A program made the position numbers and the translations under genes. Shown here in pieces: positions 1 to 9,238 of a stretch of DNA of 64,000 bases (position 1 is its first letter; each line of letters begins with the position of its first letter). This DNA is from Paenibacillus turpanensis (GTDB taxonomy: Bacteria; Bacillota; Bacilli; Paenibacillales; YIM-B00363): positions 31,006-95,005 of the forward strand of contig NZ_WTLI01000013.1 in NCBI RefSeq assembly GCF_011421635.1, in the 5' to 3' direction. A model generated the notes under the pieces. That model saw nothing but the letters and a program-made list of their open reading frames with translations, did no database searches and was not told where the DNA came from.

Positions 1-352
1 CTTCTGTTATATACTCTTTGCTCTCCGGCTGCGAGGGTGTATATTGCGGTGAAGCCGGAACCTGAATCCGGATGGGCGGAAAACTTCCCGATTCATAAGT
101 ATTCCTGCCATTCTCCGTTTTCTCCCCATTCGAGTCCAAGGTTCCCTCGCTTTCGCTCAAGCATCGATCGACATTGTTGAGGTGCATAAATTGGGCCGAC
201 TGAATCAAATGCATATACATTTGACCTATGGACCACTCCTCTTCGTTCTTTTTTTCAAGCAGCTGCTCCATATCGAGGTTTTCCAGTTCAACGAAGTATC
301 GTCCTACTGTCACTTCAAATGCCTTCAAAGCTTCCTTTGTACTGATCATGTT
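1..352 (-). CDS. DinB/YfiT-like (DinB_2 family) protein. Partial: the ORF runs off the window start with no stop codon
   Basis: Reverse-strand ORF from ATG at 350-352 with no stop before position 1. Translation MISTKEALKAFEVTVGRYFVELENLDMEQLLEKKNEEEWSIGQMYMHLIQSAQFMHL is typical of DinB_2 four-helix-bundle proteins. Not in the ORF track because it lacks a stop. Confidence 0.45.
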
Positions 353-416
353 TTAAAACTCCTATTCATAGTTGGGATTAGTCCCAATATAAAACAACGC
401 TACTGACAACAGTGTG

Positions 417-1364
417 TCAGTAGCGTTTTAACATTTTTTCTGCTTCTTCCCGAATGCGCAGGCGAAGAGATTCCGGTTCCAGCACCTCGACATCCCCGCC
501 CCAGCCGAGGATATAAGGCAGCAGCTCCTCAGGCTGTCGGACGCGAAAGTGGGCAACCAAACCGTCCGTCCGCTCCTCAGTCTCTTCCAAATAATATTGA
601 CTAACTTCCGTAATTTTGTCAGCAATATGGGGATTTACCCGAATTCGCACCCACTCCTTTCGAACGTCAGCCGGACGGTAATGGTTCAGATTAAAATCGT
701 GAGGCATACGAAAGCTAGCCTCAAGCACCTCAAGCTCCGTCATCCGCGATAATCGAAAATGACGAATGTCCTCCCGCAGATCACAGCGCGCAATCAAAGT
801 CCAATTTCCTTGAACAAGAACGAGTCCGTATGGAGCGATTACCCGCTTATTCTTGCGATTTCCGTCGGATTCCGCAATTTTTTTCAAATATGTAATGCAA
901 AGCTTTCGCCGATCCATAATCGCGCGCCGCACAAATGCCAAATATTCCTTTACCTTCTGGCCGGTTGCCGGTTCTCCAGCGTGAAGAAGGCGCATCGTTT
1001 CCCGAACGCGCGCCGCCTCGCTTCGCACCTTCTCCGGGAGGACCACTTCAATTTTTCGCCGAGCCGCCTTCGCTACGACGCTATAATGATTGTCCAGCCT
1101 CTGCTCGATAAAATCAGTCCCCATCAGCAGAGCTACGGCCTCTTCCGAAGAAAACCCAATCGGTGGAAGGAAATACCCCTCCATAAGGGAATAGCCCTGC
1201 CCGGGAGCACCAACAATCGGTACCCCCGCTTCACTCAACGCTTGAATGTCCCGATATATCGTCCGCACGCTCGTTTCGAATAGAGCCGATAAATCCTCCG
1301 CTCTGATTGTCTTGTTCCGCTGCAGCTCCAGTGTAATCGCGAGCTGCCGTTCGGTTTTGTTCAT
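417..1364 (-). CDS. YafY/PafBC-like transcriptional regulator (N-terminal HTH, WYL and WCX-like C-terminal region)
   Basis: 315 aa. N-terminal HTH (RAEDLSALFETSVRTIYRDIQAL) followed by a WYL-type domain (NWTLIARC...RHFRLSRM). Confidence 0.8.
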   Translation of the reverse strand: MNKTERQLAITLELQRNKTIRAEDLSALFETSVRTIYRDIQALSEAGVPIVGAPGQGYSLMEGYFLPPIGFSSEEAVALLMGTDFIEQRLDNHYSVVAKAARRKIEVVLPEKVRSEAARVRETMRLLHAGEPATGQKVKEYLAFVRRAIMDRRKLCITYLKKIAESDGNRKNKRVIAPYGLVLVQGNWTLIARCDLREDIRHFRLSRMTELEVLEASFRMPHDFNLNHYRPADVRKEWVRIRVNPHIADKITEVSQYYLEETEERTDGLVAHFRVRQPEELLPYILGWGGDVEVLEPESLRLRIREEAEKMLKRY

Positions 1365-1609
1365 TGTTCGGATCCTCCACTACCGTCCATAAACGTTCTT
1401 CTGTATCACACTAAACGATACATTAAGAATAGATCATAAACAATCACGACTGCCTGCTCACCGGGACTACGCATTATAATCCATGATATTCGTCCTATTT
1501 TATGGAAAAAACCTAGGAAAAACCTACCAATCTATCCGCAAAAAGCAGGTAAACCGTGATGTAAAACGAATTGTTTTTCTCTGCACAAGAGATGACTAGG
1601 AGGATCCAA

Positions 1610-2881
1610 ATGAAGAAAACACGATCATCGTTACGTTTAACCCTCGCCCTCACGGCAGCCGTTTTGGGCACGCAAGTATACCCTTTTTCCGAGCAAATTT
1701 CCGCTGCCAGCTACGACACTTCCTTCATTAAGCAAGTCTCGGATCGCTACGATCAGCTGGAAACGAAATACCATGACCTCTATGAGGCGGACCGCAAAAA
1801 AATCACAGGAGATTATGAAGCGTTCTACGATATGACACACGATAATCACCGTACGCTTACTACATTGCTCGAAAATGATTTGGATTACTTGACCGAGCTG
1901 TTGGATGACGATTATAAAAAGCTAGCGGAACAATATTCCGGAAGTACATACCGGGATGCTCTGAGCAGCTATAAACGTGAAATCAATCCGAATTATTCCT
2001 CTGGGGCTTTATGGAAATATGCAACGGCGTCAAATGAGAACTATTCCTCCAGCACCCATTGGGATTACGACACACAAATCAATGAAAATTACACCTCTAG
2101 CTTGATGTGGAATTACAATAATGAAGTGAACCCGAATTATTCCGGCAGTACGATGTGGGAGTTTACCAATGAAATGAATCCAAACTACTCCGGCGCTAAA
2201 ATGTGGGAGCTTCGCAACGAAGCCAACGCGAACTATTCCGGAAGTACAATGTCGGAATACAGACTCGGATCGCTGACAAGGAAAGAAGCGGAGACGAAAA
2301 TCAATCAAATTTTGACGGAGGGCGAACAAGATCTTCAGAGCATTCGCGACTCTGCTGTAGCCTCGTTGAACAAAACACACCAAGAAACCGTGCAGGAATT
2401 AACGGAGCTCCGTGACAGCACCATTCAGAAGTTGATCAAACAGCGTACGCGTTCGCTTGAAGATATTATGGCCATCCGGAAAAAGCATTTTGGAGGAGAG
2501 CTCGAGATAAAGCCGCTGCAAATCAGCTTCGATAAAATCAAGGTTACGATTGATGGCGAGCTGCAATTCTTTGAGCAGCCTCCAGTAAATCTGGCGGGTA
2601 ATGTTCTTGTTCCGATGAGAGCGATCTTTGAACGGCTTGGAGCAGTGCTTACTTGGAATGCGCAGGAGCAATCCGTTACCGCGACGAAGGGCAGCACATC
2701 GATTTATTTGAAGCTGGGCAGCATGAATGCAACGATTAACGGTGTGGAGAAGCCTCTGAACGTTGCGGCCCAGCTCGTGAATTCGCATACCATGGTGCCG
2801 GTTCGTTTTGTGAGTGAGGCGTTAGGCGCTGAGGTCAGCTGGGATGCCAATACCCAGACAGTCATCATTGAGACGAAGTAA
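1610..2881 (+). CDS. Secreted protein with six tandem ~12-aa aromatic repeats and a C-terminal copper amine oxidase N-terminal (stalk) domain
   Basis: RBS AGGAGG at 1597-1602, ATG at 1610, signal peptide MKKTRSSLRLTLALTAAVLG. Repeats NPNYSSGALWKY/NENYSSSTHWDY/NPNYSGSTMWEF and so on. C-terminal IKVTIDGE...VPMRAIFERLGA...VPVRFVSEALGAEVSWD matches the Cu_amine_oxidN1 domain. Confidence 0.75.
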   Translation: MKKTRSSLRLTLALTAAVLGTQVYPFSEQISAASYDTSFIKQVSDRYDQLETKYHDLYEADRKKITGDYEAFYDMTHDNHRTLTTLLENDLDYLTELLDDDYKKLAEQYSGSTYRDALSSYKREINPNYSSGALWKYATASNENYSSSTHWDYDTQINENYTSSLMWNYNNEVNPNYSGSTMWEFTNEMNPNYSGAKMWELRNEANANYSGSTMSEYRLGSLTRKEAETKINQILTEGEQDLQSIRDSAVASLNKTHQETVQELTELRDSTIQKLIKQRTRSLEDIMAIRKKHFGGELEIKPLQISFDKIKVTIDGELQFFEQPPVNLAGNVLVPMRAIFERLGAVLTWNAQEQSVTATKGSTSIYLKLGSMNATINGVEKPLNVAAQLVNSHTMVPVRFVSEALGAEVSWDANTQTVIIETK

Positions 2882-3056
2882 ATCCATTCGTTTTGGAGAA
2901 TAAACCAAAGATAATGAAAACACGGCAGCCAAGGATTGCATTGATATGCACCGGCTGCCGTTCAATTTTCTTGAGCATTTTTCACCAATAGCCGACAAAA
3001 GACTTGGGTCAAGTTCTTGTCGTTCGTCTATGAGAGGAACTTGTCCGTATCAAAGG

Positions 3057-3083
3057 AAAAACCCGCGTTCAAGGCGGGTTTCA
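3057..3083. terminator. Bidirectional rho-independent terminator between convergent genes
   Basis: Hairpin aaacccgc-gttcaag-gcgggttt with an A-tract on one side and a T-tract on the other. Confidence 0.6.
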
Positions 3084-3124
3084 ATTGGGTTATGTTGTTG
3101 TCGTCGGACACAAAAGAAGTCGCG

Positions 3125-4363
3125 TCATTCACCGTATCGCTTCATCACGATAACGGCGTTGTGCCCGCCGAAACCAAAGGAATTCGACATGCCAATCCGC
3201 AGGTCCGCCTTACGCGCCGTGTTCGGAACGTAATCCAAATCGCATTCCGGATCGGGGTGCGACAAGTTGATCGTTGGTGGAATGACACCTTCCTGCAAGC
3301 TTTTCACAAGCGCGATGGCTTCCACGCCGCCGGCGGCGCCAAACAGATGGCCGAGCATCGATTTATTCGCCGTCACCGGCACTTGATAGGCGGCTTCTCC
3401 GAATAGCCGCTTAATCGCCGCCGTTTCGGAACGATCCCCCAGTTCAGTGCTCGTTGCGTGAGCGCTGATCATATCCACTTCTTCCGGAGAAACTCCAGCC
3501 TCCCTTAAAGCCTCTCTCATCGCGCGATAAGCCCCTGTCCCTTCCGGATGAGTCGCCACCACATGATAGGCGTCCGAGCTTGCTCCATAACCGATCATCT
3601 CGGCGTATACTCTCGCCTTGCGGCGCTTCGCATGCGTCAACGACTCCAGGACAAGAATGCCGGCTCCCTCTCCAATGACGAAACCGTCGCGATCACGGTC
3701 GAACGGCCGGCTTGCCGCCGCCGGGTTATCGTTCCGCGTCGACAGCGCCGTTGCGTTAGCGAAGCTGGCCAGAGAGATGGGAGTCAAGGCCGCTTCCGCT
3801 CCGCCGGCGAGGATGACGTCCGTTCTTCCGGCTTGGATGCGATGGAACGCTTCCCCGATCGCCGTATTCCCTATCGAGCAAGCAGTGACGGGCGATAAGG
3901 TCGGACCATAGAGGCCAAGACGAATGCTGATCGTCGCAGCAGCCATATTCGAGATCATCATAGGAACTAGCGTCGGGCTCACTTTGCCGGGGCCACGGGC
4001 AAGCAAATTCGACTGCTGATCGACGAGCGTCTGAATACCTCCTATGCCGGAGCCGACATAGACGCCAATGCGCTCACGGTCCAGTGCGTCCAGCTCAAGT
4101 TCGGCGTCTTGGACGGCTTGATCCGCGGCGGCAGCGGCGTATTGGCAGAATCGGTCCATGCGTCTCACTTCTTTCGTGCCAAGCAGCTCAGCCCCATCAA
4201 AATCGCGAACCAAAGCCGCGATCTTCACCTTCTGGCCTTCCGTTTCGAAGGCATCGATTTTCGTTACGCCGGAATCCCCGTGTACGAGACGCTCCCACAT
4301 TCGATCTACGGTATTGCCAAGTGGCGTGACCGCTCCCATTCCCGTTACGACGACGCGTTCCAT
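3125..4363 (-). CDS. fabF: Beta-ketoacyl-[acyl-carrier-protein] synthase II
   Basis: 412 aa. MERVVVTGMGAVTPLGN..., active-site Cys context VTACSIGNTAIGEAF, HATSTELGD, GHLFGAAGG motifs of KAS II. Standalone, without other fab genes. Confidence 0.9.
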   Translation of the reverse strand: MERVVVTGMGAVTPLGNTVDRMWERLVHGDSGVTKIDAFETEGQKVKIAALVRDFDGAELLGTKEVRRMDRFCQYAAAAADQAVQDAELELDALDRERIGVYVGSGIGGIQTLVDQQSNLLARGPGKVSPTLVPMMISNMAAATISIRLGLYGPTLSPVTACSIGNTAIGEAFHRIQAGRTDVILAGGAEAALTPISLASFANATALSTRNDNPAAASRPFDRDRDGFVIGEGAGILVLESLTHAKRRKARVYAEMIGYGASSDAYHVVATHPEGTGAYRAMREALREAGVSPEEVDMISAHATSTELGDRSETAAIKRLFGEAAYQVPVTANKSMLGHLFGAAGGVEAIALVKSLQEGVIPPTINLSHPDPECDLDYVPNTARKADLRIGMSNSFGFGGHNAVIVMKRYGE

Positions 4364-4418
4364 TAAATCCCCTCCATACTTGCTTAATATGGATTATCCT
4401 GCCACACCCAACATCCTA

Positions 4419-4447
4419 TTACAAGTTGCTTTTTATCATAGTATAAT
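4419..4447 (+). promoter_or_regulatory. Sigma-A type promoter for the MmyB-like regulator gene
   Basis: -35 TTACAA, 17-bp spacer, -10 TATAAT at 4442-4447. RBS and ATG at 4479 lie downstream. Confidence 0.4.
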
Positions 4448-4478
4448 AAGTACCAGTTTAAGGTTACGAGGTGAGCGA

Positions 4479-5309
4479 ATGAATCGCCAAATAAGACTCC
4501 AAGCTCTATCCGATTTTTTAAAACAAGCCCGGTCACGGATTGCTCCCGACTCGGTCGGATTGCCCGAAGGAACGCGCCGGCGTACTCCGGGATTGCGAAG
4601 AGAGGAAGTCGCGCAACTCGCGGGCGTCAGTTCTACCTGGTACACTTGGCTTGAACAAGGCCGGGATATCAAGGTATCCGCCTTCGTTCTCGAATGTATC
4701 TCCACCGCGTTACGGCTGACGGAGGACGAACGGAAATACGTATTCTCTCTTGCGCTTGAGTCGGGACCTGTCGTCCGGTTGCCGAAGGAAGACGAGCTGC
4801 AGGTCAGCCCTTCGTTGCACAAAATCATTCAGGAGCTTCGCAGTTGTCCGGCGATCATCTCGAACCGTCGTTGCCAAATCGTCGGATGGAACGAAGCGGC
4901 TGCCCAAGTGTTCATCGATTTCGAGCAAATTCCGCCCGAACAACGGAACATGATCCGGCTTGTGTTCGCCCGCAGGGAATTTAAACGGCTCGCCGTGAAT
5001 TGGGAGCAATTCGCGAGCGGATTTCTAGCCATGTTTCGCGCTTATTACGGACAGTACGTTGACGATGATTGGTATGAAGTGTTTCTAAACGAAATGAAGA
5101 ACACGTATCCCGAGTTTCAAACGATTTGGGAACGAAGTGACGTCAGCTTCGCGCCGGAAATGCTGCTCGAATTTCGTCATGCAAAAGCCGGCAAGATGTT
5201 ATTCCATCTCACTTCGCTTCAGGTGCACGGCGAAACCGACCTCCGATGCAGCATTTATACCCCCGCGCCTGATACGAATACGGAAGCCAAGATGAAATCA
5301 TTGTATTAA
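4479..5309 (+). CDS. MmyB-like helix-turn-helix transcriptional regulator (XRE HTH plus MmyB C-terminal ligand-binding domain)
   Basis: MNRQIRLQALSDFLKQARSRIAPDSVGLPEGTRRRTPGLRREEVAQLAGVSSTWYTWLEQGRD is the canonical MmyB-family N-terminus. ATG at 4479 is preferred over the upstream in-frame ORF start at 4158. Confidence 0.75.
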   Translation: MNRQIRLQALSDFLKQARSRIAPDSVGLPEGTRRRTPGLRREEVAQLAGVSSTWYTWLEQGRDIKVSAFVLECISTALRLTEDERKYVFSLALESGPVVRLPKEDELQVSPSLHKIIQELRSCPAIISNRRCQIVGWNEAAAQVFIDFEQIPPEQRNMIRLVFARREFKRLAVNWEQFASGFLAMFRAYYGQYVDDDWYEVFLNEMKNTYPEFQTIWERSDVSFAPEMLLEFRHAKAGKMLFHLTSLQVHGETDLRCSIYTPAPDTNTEAKMKSLY

Positions 5310-5311
5310 TT

Positions 5312-5351
5312 CGCAAGAAAACCTTGCCTACTTTCGGCAAGGTTTTCTTGC
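5312..5351. terminator. Bidirectional terminator
   Basis: Perfect hairpin gcaagaaaaccttgcc-tactttc-ggcaaggttttcttgc. Confidence 0.65.
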
Positions 5352-5508
5352 GGTATTGTTTTATCTTACAACTCGTATTCCCCCGAAAAACCGATTTTAT
5401 AAAATACGATGAACCGTACTTTTGGGGAGACTTTAGAATCTACTGTCTACTTGACGGGGTGCAGTTCACATTCGTTCTAGTTCCGTAGTGATTGAATTCA
5501 ACATTCCG

Positions 5509-5910
5509 TTAGCTTACTTCTTCGATTGGAAAGTCCCAGAGAAAATAATATTTTGAAAACTGTCGGGTTTCTACAATCGTCGTCTGCTTATCTTTTTCAA
5601 AGAGAAGTCCCGAACCCATTTGCTCCTTAAAATTCCAACCCCGATCCTTCATAAATCCCTTGACTATATCGTACCGAGAGCCGCCATTATTTTCTGAAAC
5701 ATATCTAATTTCTTGATCAGATTCCGAGAACTGCTCATAATCACTGCCGGTAAATTCCAATTTGGAAATCGAGATAAGTATCGGCAGCGGGTTTCCCTCT
5801 TGCGATAAGGCACCACCAAATCGAAGCGCAATAAAACCAAGCGCTATCATGGATATAGAAAGCACAATTGTTAAAAGGCGTTTCAAAAGTACATCCCTTT
5901 CCAGTCCCAT
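5509..5910 (-). CDS. Hypothetical membrane-anchored protein
   Basis: RBS AAAGGAGG before ATG (MGLERDVLLKRLLTIVLSISMIALGFIAL...). One N-terminal TM helix. No recognisable family. Confidence 0.5.
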   Translation of the reverse strand: MGLERDVLLKRLLTIVLSISMIALGFIALRFGGALSQEGNPLPILISISKLEFTGSDYEQFSESDQEIRYVSENNGGSRYDIVKGFMKDRGWNFKEQMGSGLLFEKDKQTTIVETRQFSKYYFLWDFPIEEVS

Positions 5911-5977
5911 GATATTTCCTCCTTTGTTAGGTAAATTTCCCACACCTTCCATTGTTGTAATCGTTGCAATCAAAATG

Positions 5978-6138
5978 GTTCATTGTGAATAATAAAAAAA
6001 GCACAACGCTGCAAAGGTCATTGAACTTAGAATAGTTAATGTAGAACCGTTCTTTTCTTCCCTATACATAAATGCTCGAATAGCGCTCAATAAGAAAAGT
6101 ATAAATAAAAACCCGAGAAAGGCAAATACAATATCCAT
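5978..6138 (-). CDS. Putative small membrane protein (53 aa), below the ORF-track size cutoff
   Basis: MDIVFAFLGFLFILFLLSAIRAFMYREEKNGSTLTILSSMTFAALCFFYYSQ with RBS GGGGAGA. Lies in an AT-rich decayed region. Confidence 0.3.
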
Positions 6139-6146
6139 TTTCTCCC

Positions 6147-6299
6147 CTACTCTGGCGCACCCAAAAATCCTTCTTTTTCTAGATGTAAAAGAAGCTCATG
6201 AACACATGGACTCCAATGCCCCGTGGGACGGAGTACCGTGTTTCCACTACGAACTATGTAATTAACATTACCGCCTGTTAATACCTCTTCCTGGGTCAT
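6147..6299 (-). pseudogene. Remnant (N-terminal ~50 codons) of an aminoglycoside/phosphotransferase (APH)-family gene
   Basis: MTQEEVLTGGNVNYIVRSGNTVLRPTGHWSPCVHELLLHLEKEGFLGAPE then stop. This is the conserved N-terminus of Bacillales APH-family proteins (~300 aa). The remainder is absent. Confidence 0.45.
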
Positions 6300-6541
6300 A
6301 AATTTTCGTCCTCGCTTTTCAGTACTTGAGTATTTCCATTAGCTGTTACTTGCCCTCTGCCCCCTAATTATAAGAAACAGTAACGGGCCATTCCTTATAA
6401 AGTTCAATTATTTCTAAACTGCCCCACTTGGAATGCCGCCGATCATCGTCTCCTTAGAACATTACAATGCATAAAGAACCTCTTCATCCGTAAATGAAAC
6501 GGTTTTGGAGGTTCTATCACTGAAGTATTTGCTTTTATCCC

Positions 6542-7729
6542 CTACCCTCGCAGTTCCTTGCTCAGTGGGGCCGGCCGGTAACGAAAGCCCGCCGCTGCAA
6601 ACACAATATACACACTCCCCATAATGGTAAAAAAACTCGCAAGAGACACATGCTGCAGCAGCCATCCCCCCGCATTCGGTCCGATCAAGCTGGCAACGGA
6701 AAAATGAACCGAAGCAATCACATTCGCTGTAGGCAGTATCGTTTTCGGTAAAAGGTCTGCGGCGTAAGCGAGGCCCAGAGAGTAGAACGATCCAATTGCT
6801 CCTCCCGCTAGTAAAAACAGTGCACCAATCATCCATGTATTTATTCCAGCCAGCGGTACTGCCAGGAAAGCGGCCGCACCAACAACGCCGGACAGCATTA
6901 AAATCGGCTTTCTGCCCACTTTATCGCTCCAAATCCCTAACGGAAGCTGCAGAATGAGACTACCCGCCCCAATCAGCGGCAGAAGATAAGAAATTTCACC
7001 GGAAGTTAGCCCCAATCGCAGTCCATAAACAGGAAAATTCCCGTTCATGGAAGCTTCCATATACCCGTACAGAAAAGCCGGAATAAGAGGGAACCAGGCC
7101 AGCCGGTACACTTGGAGAAAACGATTTTCCCGCACCAGGCTGCTCTTTGCGTCATTTGCTCCGGGCGGGCTTTCATTGCGCAAACGAAGCACCATAAAGA
7201 GCACGATTAGAAAAAGCACATTCATACTGACTAGCGGAACAGCCGCACCATAGTGCTGCAAACCAATTGCTAAAGGTCCAATGGAAAACCCGACCCCGTA
7301 CGCCATGCCGTATAGGGAAATGTTTCGGCCTCTGCGCTCCGGCGGGGAATTCGACACGATCCAAAGCTGAGTAGCATAATGAAGAGCACTATCGCCGATC
7401 CCGACCAGGAGTCTCAGCAGAAACCAAATCCACAGGGTATGCGTGAATGAAAATGAGAGCGTTGCAGCGATAACAAGGACGATGCCAACAAGGATCACCG
7501 GCTGAAAACCGTACCGCCTAACCGGCCGTTCAATAAAAAACATCGTTCCAAATACGCCGAGATACAGTGCCGCAGAATTCAACGCATTCATTTGTGGCGA
7601 TACGCCCCGCTGCTCCAGCCAAATGGACAGCAGCGGCAGCAGAAGCCCTTGGCTCGCCCCAGCCACGATCACAACGAGAATAAGTGTAATAAATACAAAC
7701 GTTCCAAAATCTTGTTTTGCAGAATTCAT
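6542..7729 (-). CDS. MFS transporter
   Basis: 395 aa, 12 predicted TM segments, MFS motif-A-like GRRGRN loop. Confidence 0.85.
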   Translation of the reverse strand: MNSAKQDFGTFVFITLILVVIVAGASQGLLLPLLSIWLEQRGVSPQMNALNSAALYLGVFGTMFFIERPVRRYGFQPVILVGIVLVIAATLSFSFTHTLWIWFLLRLLVGIGDSALHYATQLWIVSNSPPERRGRNISLYGMAYGVGFSIGPLAIGLQHYGAAVPLVSMNVLFLIVLFMVLRLRNESPPGANDAKSSLVRENRFLQVYRLAWFPLIPAFLYGYMEASMNGNFPVYGLRLGLTSGEISYLLPLIGAGSLILQLPLGIWSDKVGRKPILMLSGVVGAAAFLAVPLAGINTWMIGALFLLAGGAIGSFYSLGLAYAADLLPKTILPTANVIASVHFSVASLIGPNAGGWLLQHVSLASFFTIMGSVYIVFAAAGFRYRPAPLSKELRG

Positions 7730-7845
7730 GGGGTGACGATCCTCTTTCCTTGAGGTACAATTCTACTTCTATTACCTTTTTTCATCCATCTCCTGCTCCA
7801 TCATAAAATTAACCAAGGGTTAATGCAATATATTGGTAAAATTAT

Positions 7846-8412
7846 TTACGTATGAATATACTTTTGCCTAACAAGCTTCCCAAGCTCCAGCCCGCCCCAA
7901 ACCATAAGAAGCGTAAGCGGCAGCCCTAACGCCATCCCGCTCAGCAGTCGATAACCCTCAAGGTGTCCTTCTGTAAAAAAGCGAGATAGCGCGAATGCTG
8001 CATAGGGAATTTCTACGAGGAGCGCCGTGATAACCCCGGGAGTATAGCTGCGTACAAGGACCGATAATCCGACATGCTTTACCCCGTCGAGCAGCATCAC
8101 TGCAACAATACCAGCGTACAAGGGCAGCAGTTCGCCGCTTACAGCAAAGTGTTCTGCTGCATTGTAGGTTAAAATCAGGATGGCCAATGCCATGAGTGTT
8201 ACGGCAACGGTGAGCTGAAACGTCACGTGCTCCTCAGATAGCAGCTTGCGCTGTGCAGCAGGGATTCGAAGGTCTGCTCCTTTGCTTCTCAACCACTTTT
8301 TCGTACATAGAATCTCTTCCCCATCATGAATAACAAAAGCGACCGGCAGCAGCCAAATCAAAGGATACAGGCTTATCGGAGGTAACCCTAACACATTATT
8401 TATGAAATCCAT
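7846..8412 (-). CDS. HXXEE domain-containing membrane protein
   Basis: RBS GAGAAAGG before ATG (MDFINN...). The ...FVIHDGEEIL... HXXEE motif is in the first TM helix. Confidence 0.7.
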   Translation of the reverse strand: MDFINNVLGLPPISLYPLIWLLPVAFVIHDGEEILCTKKWLRSKGADLRIPAAQRKLLSEEHVTFQLTVAVTLMALAILILTYNAAEHFAVSGELLPLYAGIVAVMLLDGVKHVGLSVLVRSYTPGVITALLVEIPYAAFALSRFFTEGHLEGYRLLSGMALGLPLTLLMVWGGLELGKLVRQKYIHT

Positions 8413-8532
8413 GGTGATCTGCCTTTCTCTGCCCGTGTTCCCACTCCCGAAGAAGCCCCGGTAACGATGGCCCATGGACCATAAGTTTGTTGAATAGAAT
8501 ACATAGAAAAAGCACCTCCAGCTAAAATGGAT

Positions 8533-8548
8533 TTGAGTATTTACTCAA
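8533..8548. promoter_or_regulatory. 16-bp palindromic operator TTGAGTATTTACTCAA (copy 1, upstream of the HXXEE gene)
   Basis: Perfect 7-2-7 inverted repeat. An identical copy lies at 9239-9254 in the promoter of the adjacent TetR gene. Confidence 0.45.
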
Positions 8549-8588
8549 AATTGCGGTAAAAAAAGAGACTGGGTCGGGTATTCCAGCC

Positions 8589-9209
8589 TTAAGACAAGCG
8601 GCGTTCCTGCGAATGCGTTAATCCGTTCACCAGCAAATCCACAAGCTTACGCACATAGGTTTCGTCATCGATCGTCTGCAATTGGGCTCCGAAACGCGAT
8701 GTAACCATATAATGGACCAACAGCGATGAAGTAAAGGTTGTTAACGCAATCACGTAGGTATCGGTATCTTTAGCTTGTTCCTCTGACGATCCGCGGTTCA
8801 GCAAGGCCTCACCGGCTGCCCCCATTTTCTGCAACAGCTGCAGCACCTCCTGAGATACCATCTCATCCTGGAACATTTCCGGCGACCAAATGAGCAGGAT
8901 GTAATCCGAATTCTCTTTTAAAAAGGTAAGATACTTCAACCCGTATTGGACGAGAGCGTCCTCAAGAGACAGGTGACTCAGCTGGGCCTGCGAATCCTCT
9001 ACATGCAGCAGGAAGGTGAATTTTCTTACGATTTCGAGCAGCAGCTTGCGTTTATCTCCGAAATAGTAAAAAATGAGCCCTTCCGCCACGCCGCATTCGG
9101 CCGCGATTTCCTTCGTTGTCGTCGACCCAAAGCCCTGCCGGGAAAACAGCTTCAGCGCTGTTTGAAGGATCCGGTCTTTCTTAAGATTTTTGTCTTCTTT
9201 TCTGGACAA
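8589..9209 (-). CDS. TetR/AcrR family transcriptional regulator
   Basis: HTH DRILQTALKLFSRQGFGSTTTKEIAAECGV. The start is probably TTG at 9209 (RBS AGGA), because the longer ORF start at 9254 would place the promoter -10 and operator inside the coding sequence. Confidence 0.75.
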   Translation of the reverse strand: MSRKEDKNLKKDRILQTALKLFSRQGFGSTTTKEIAAECGVAEGLIFYYFGDKRKLLLEIVRKFTFLLHVEDSQAQLSHLSLEDALVQYGLKYLTFLKENSDYILLIWSPEMFQDEMVSQEVLQLLQKMGAAGEALLNRGSSEEQAKDTDTYVIALTTFTSSLLVHYMVTSRFGAQLQTIDDETYVRKLVDLLVNGLTHSQERRLS

Positions 9210-9238
9210 AACGATAGAATCCTCGCTTTCAGCAAAAC

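Noticed and set aside
182-406. 74-aa plus-strand ORF at the window start
   Set aside because: It overlaps the better-supported DinB-like reverse-strand ORF. It has no RBS and has a low-complexity hydrophobic composition.
1440-1560. Tandem AAAAACCTAGG / AAAAACCTACC direct repeat upstream of the secreted repeat protein gene
   Set aside because: There are only two short copies. It could be a regulator half-site pair, but there is too little evidence to call.
6462-6836. 124-aa Cys-rich minus-strand ORF
   Set aside because: It overlaps the 3' end of the MFS transporter gene in another frame and has no independent support.
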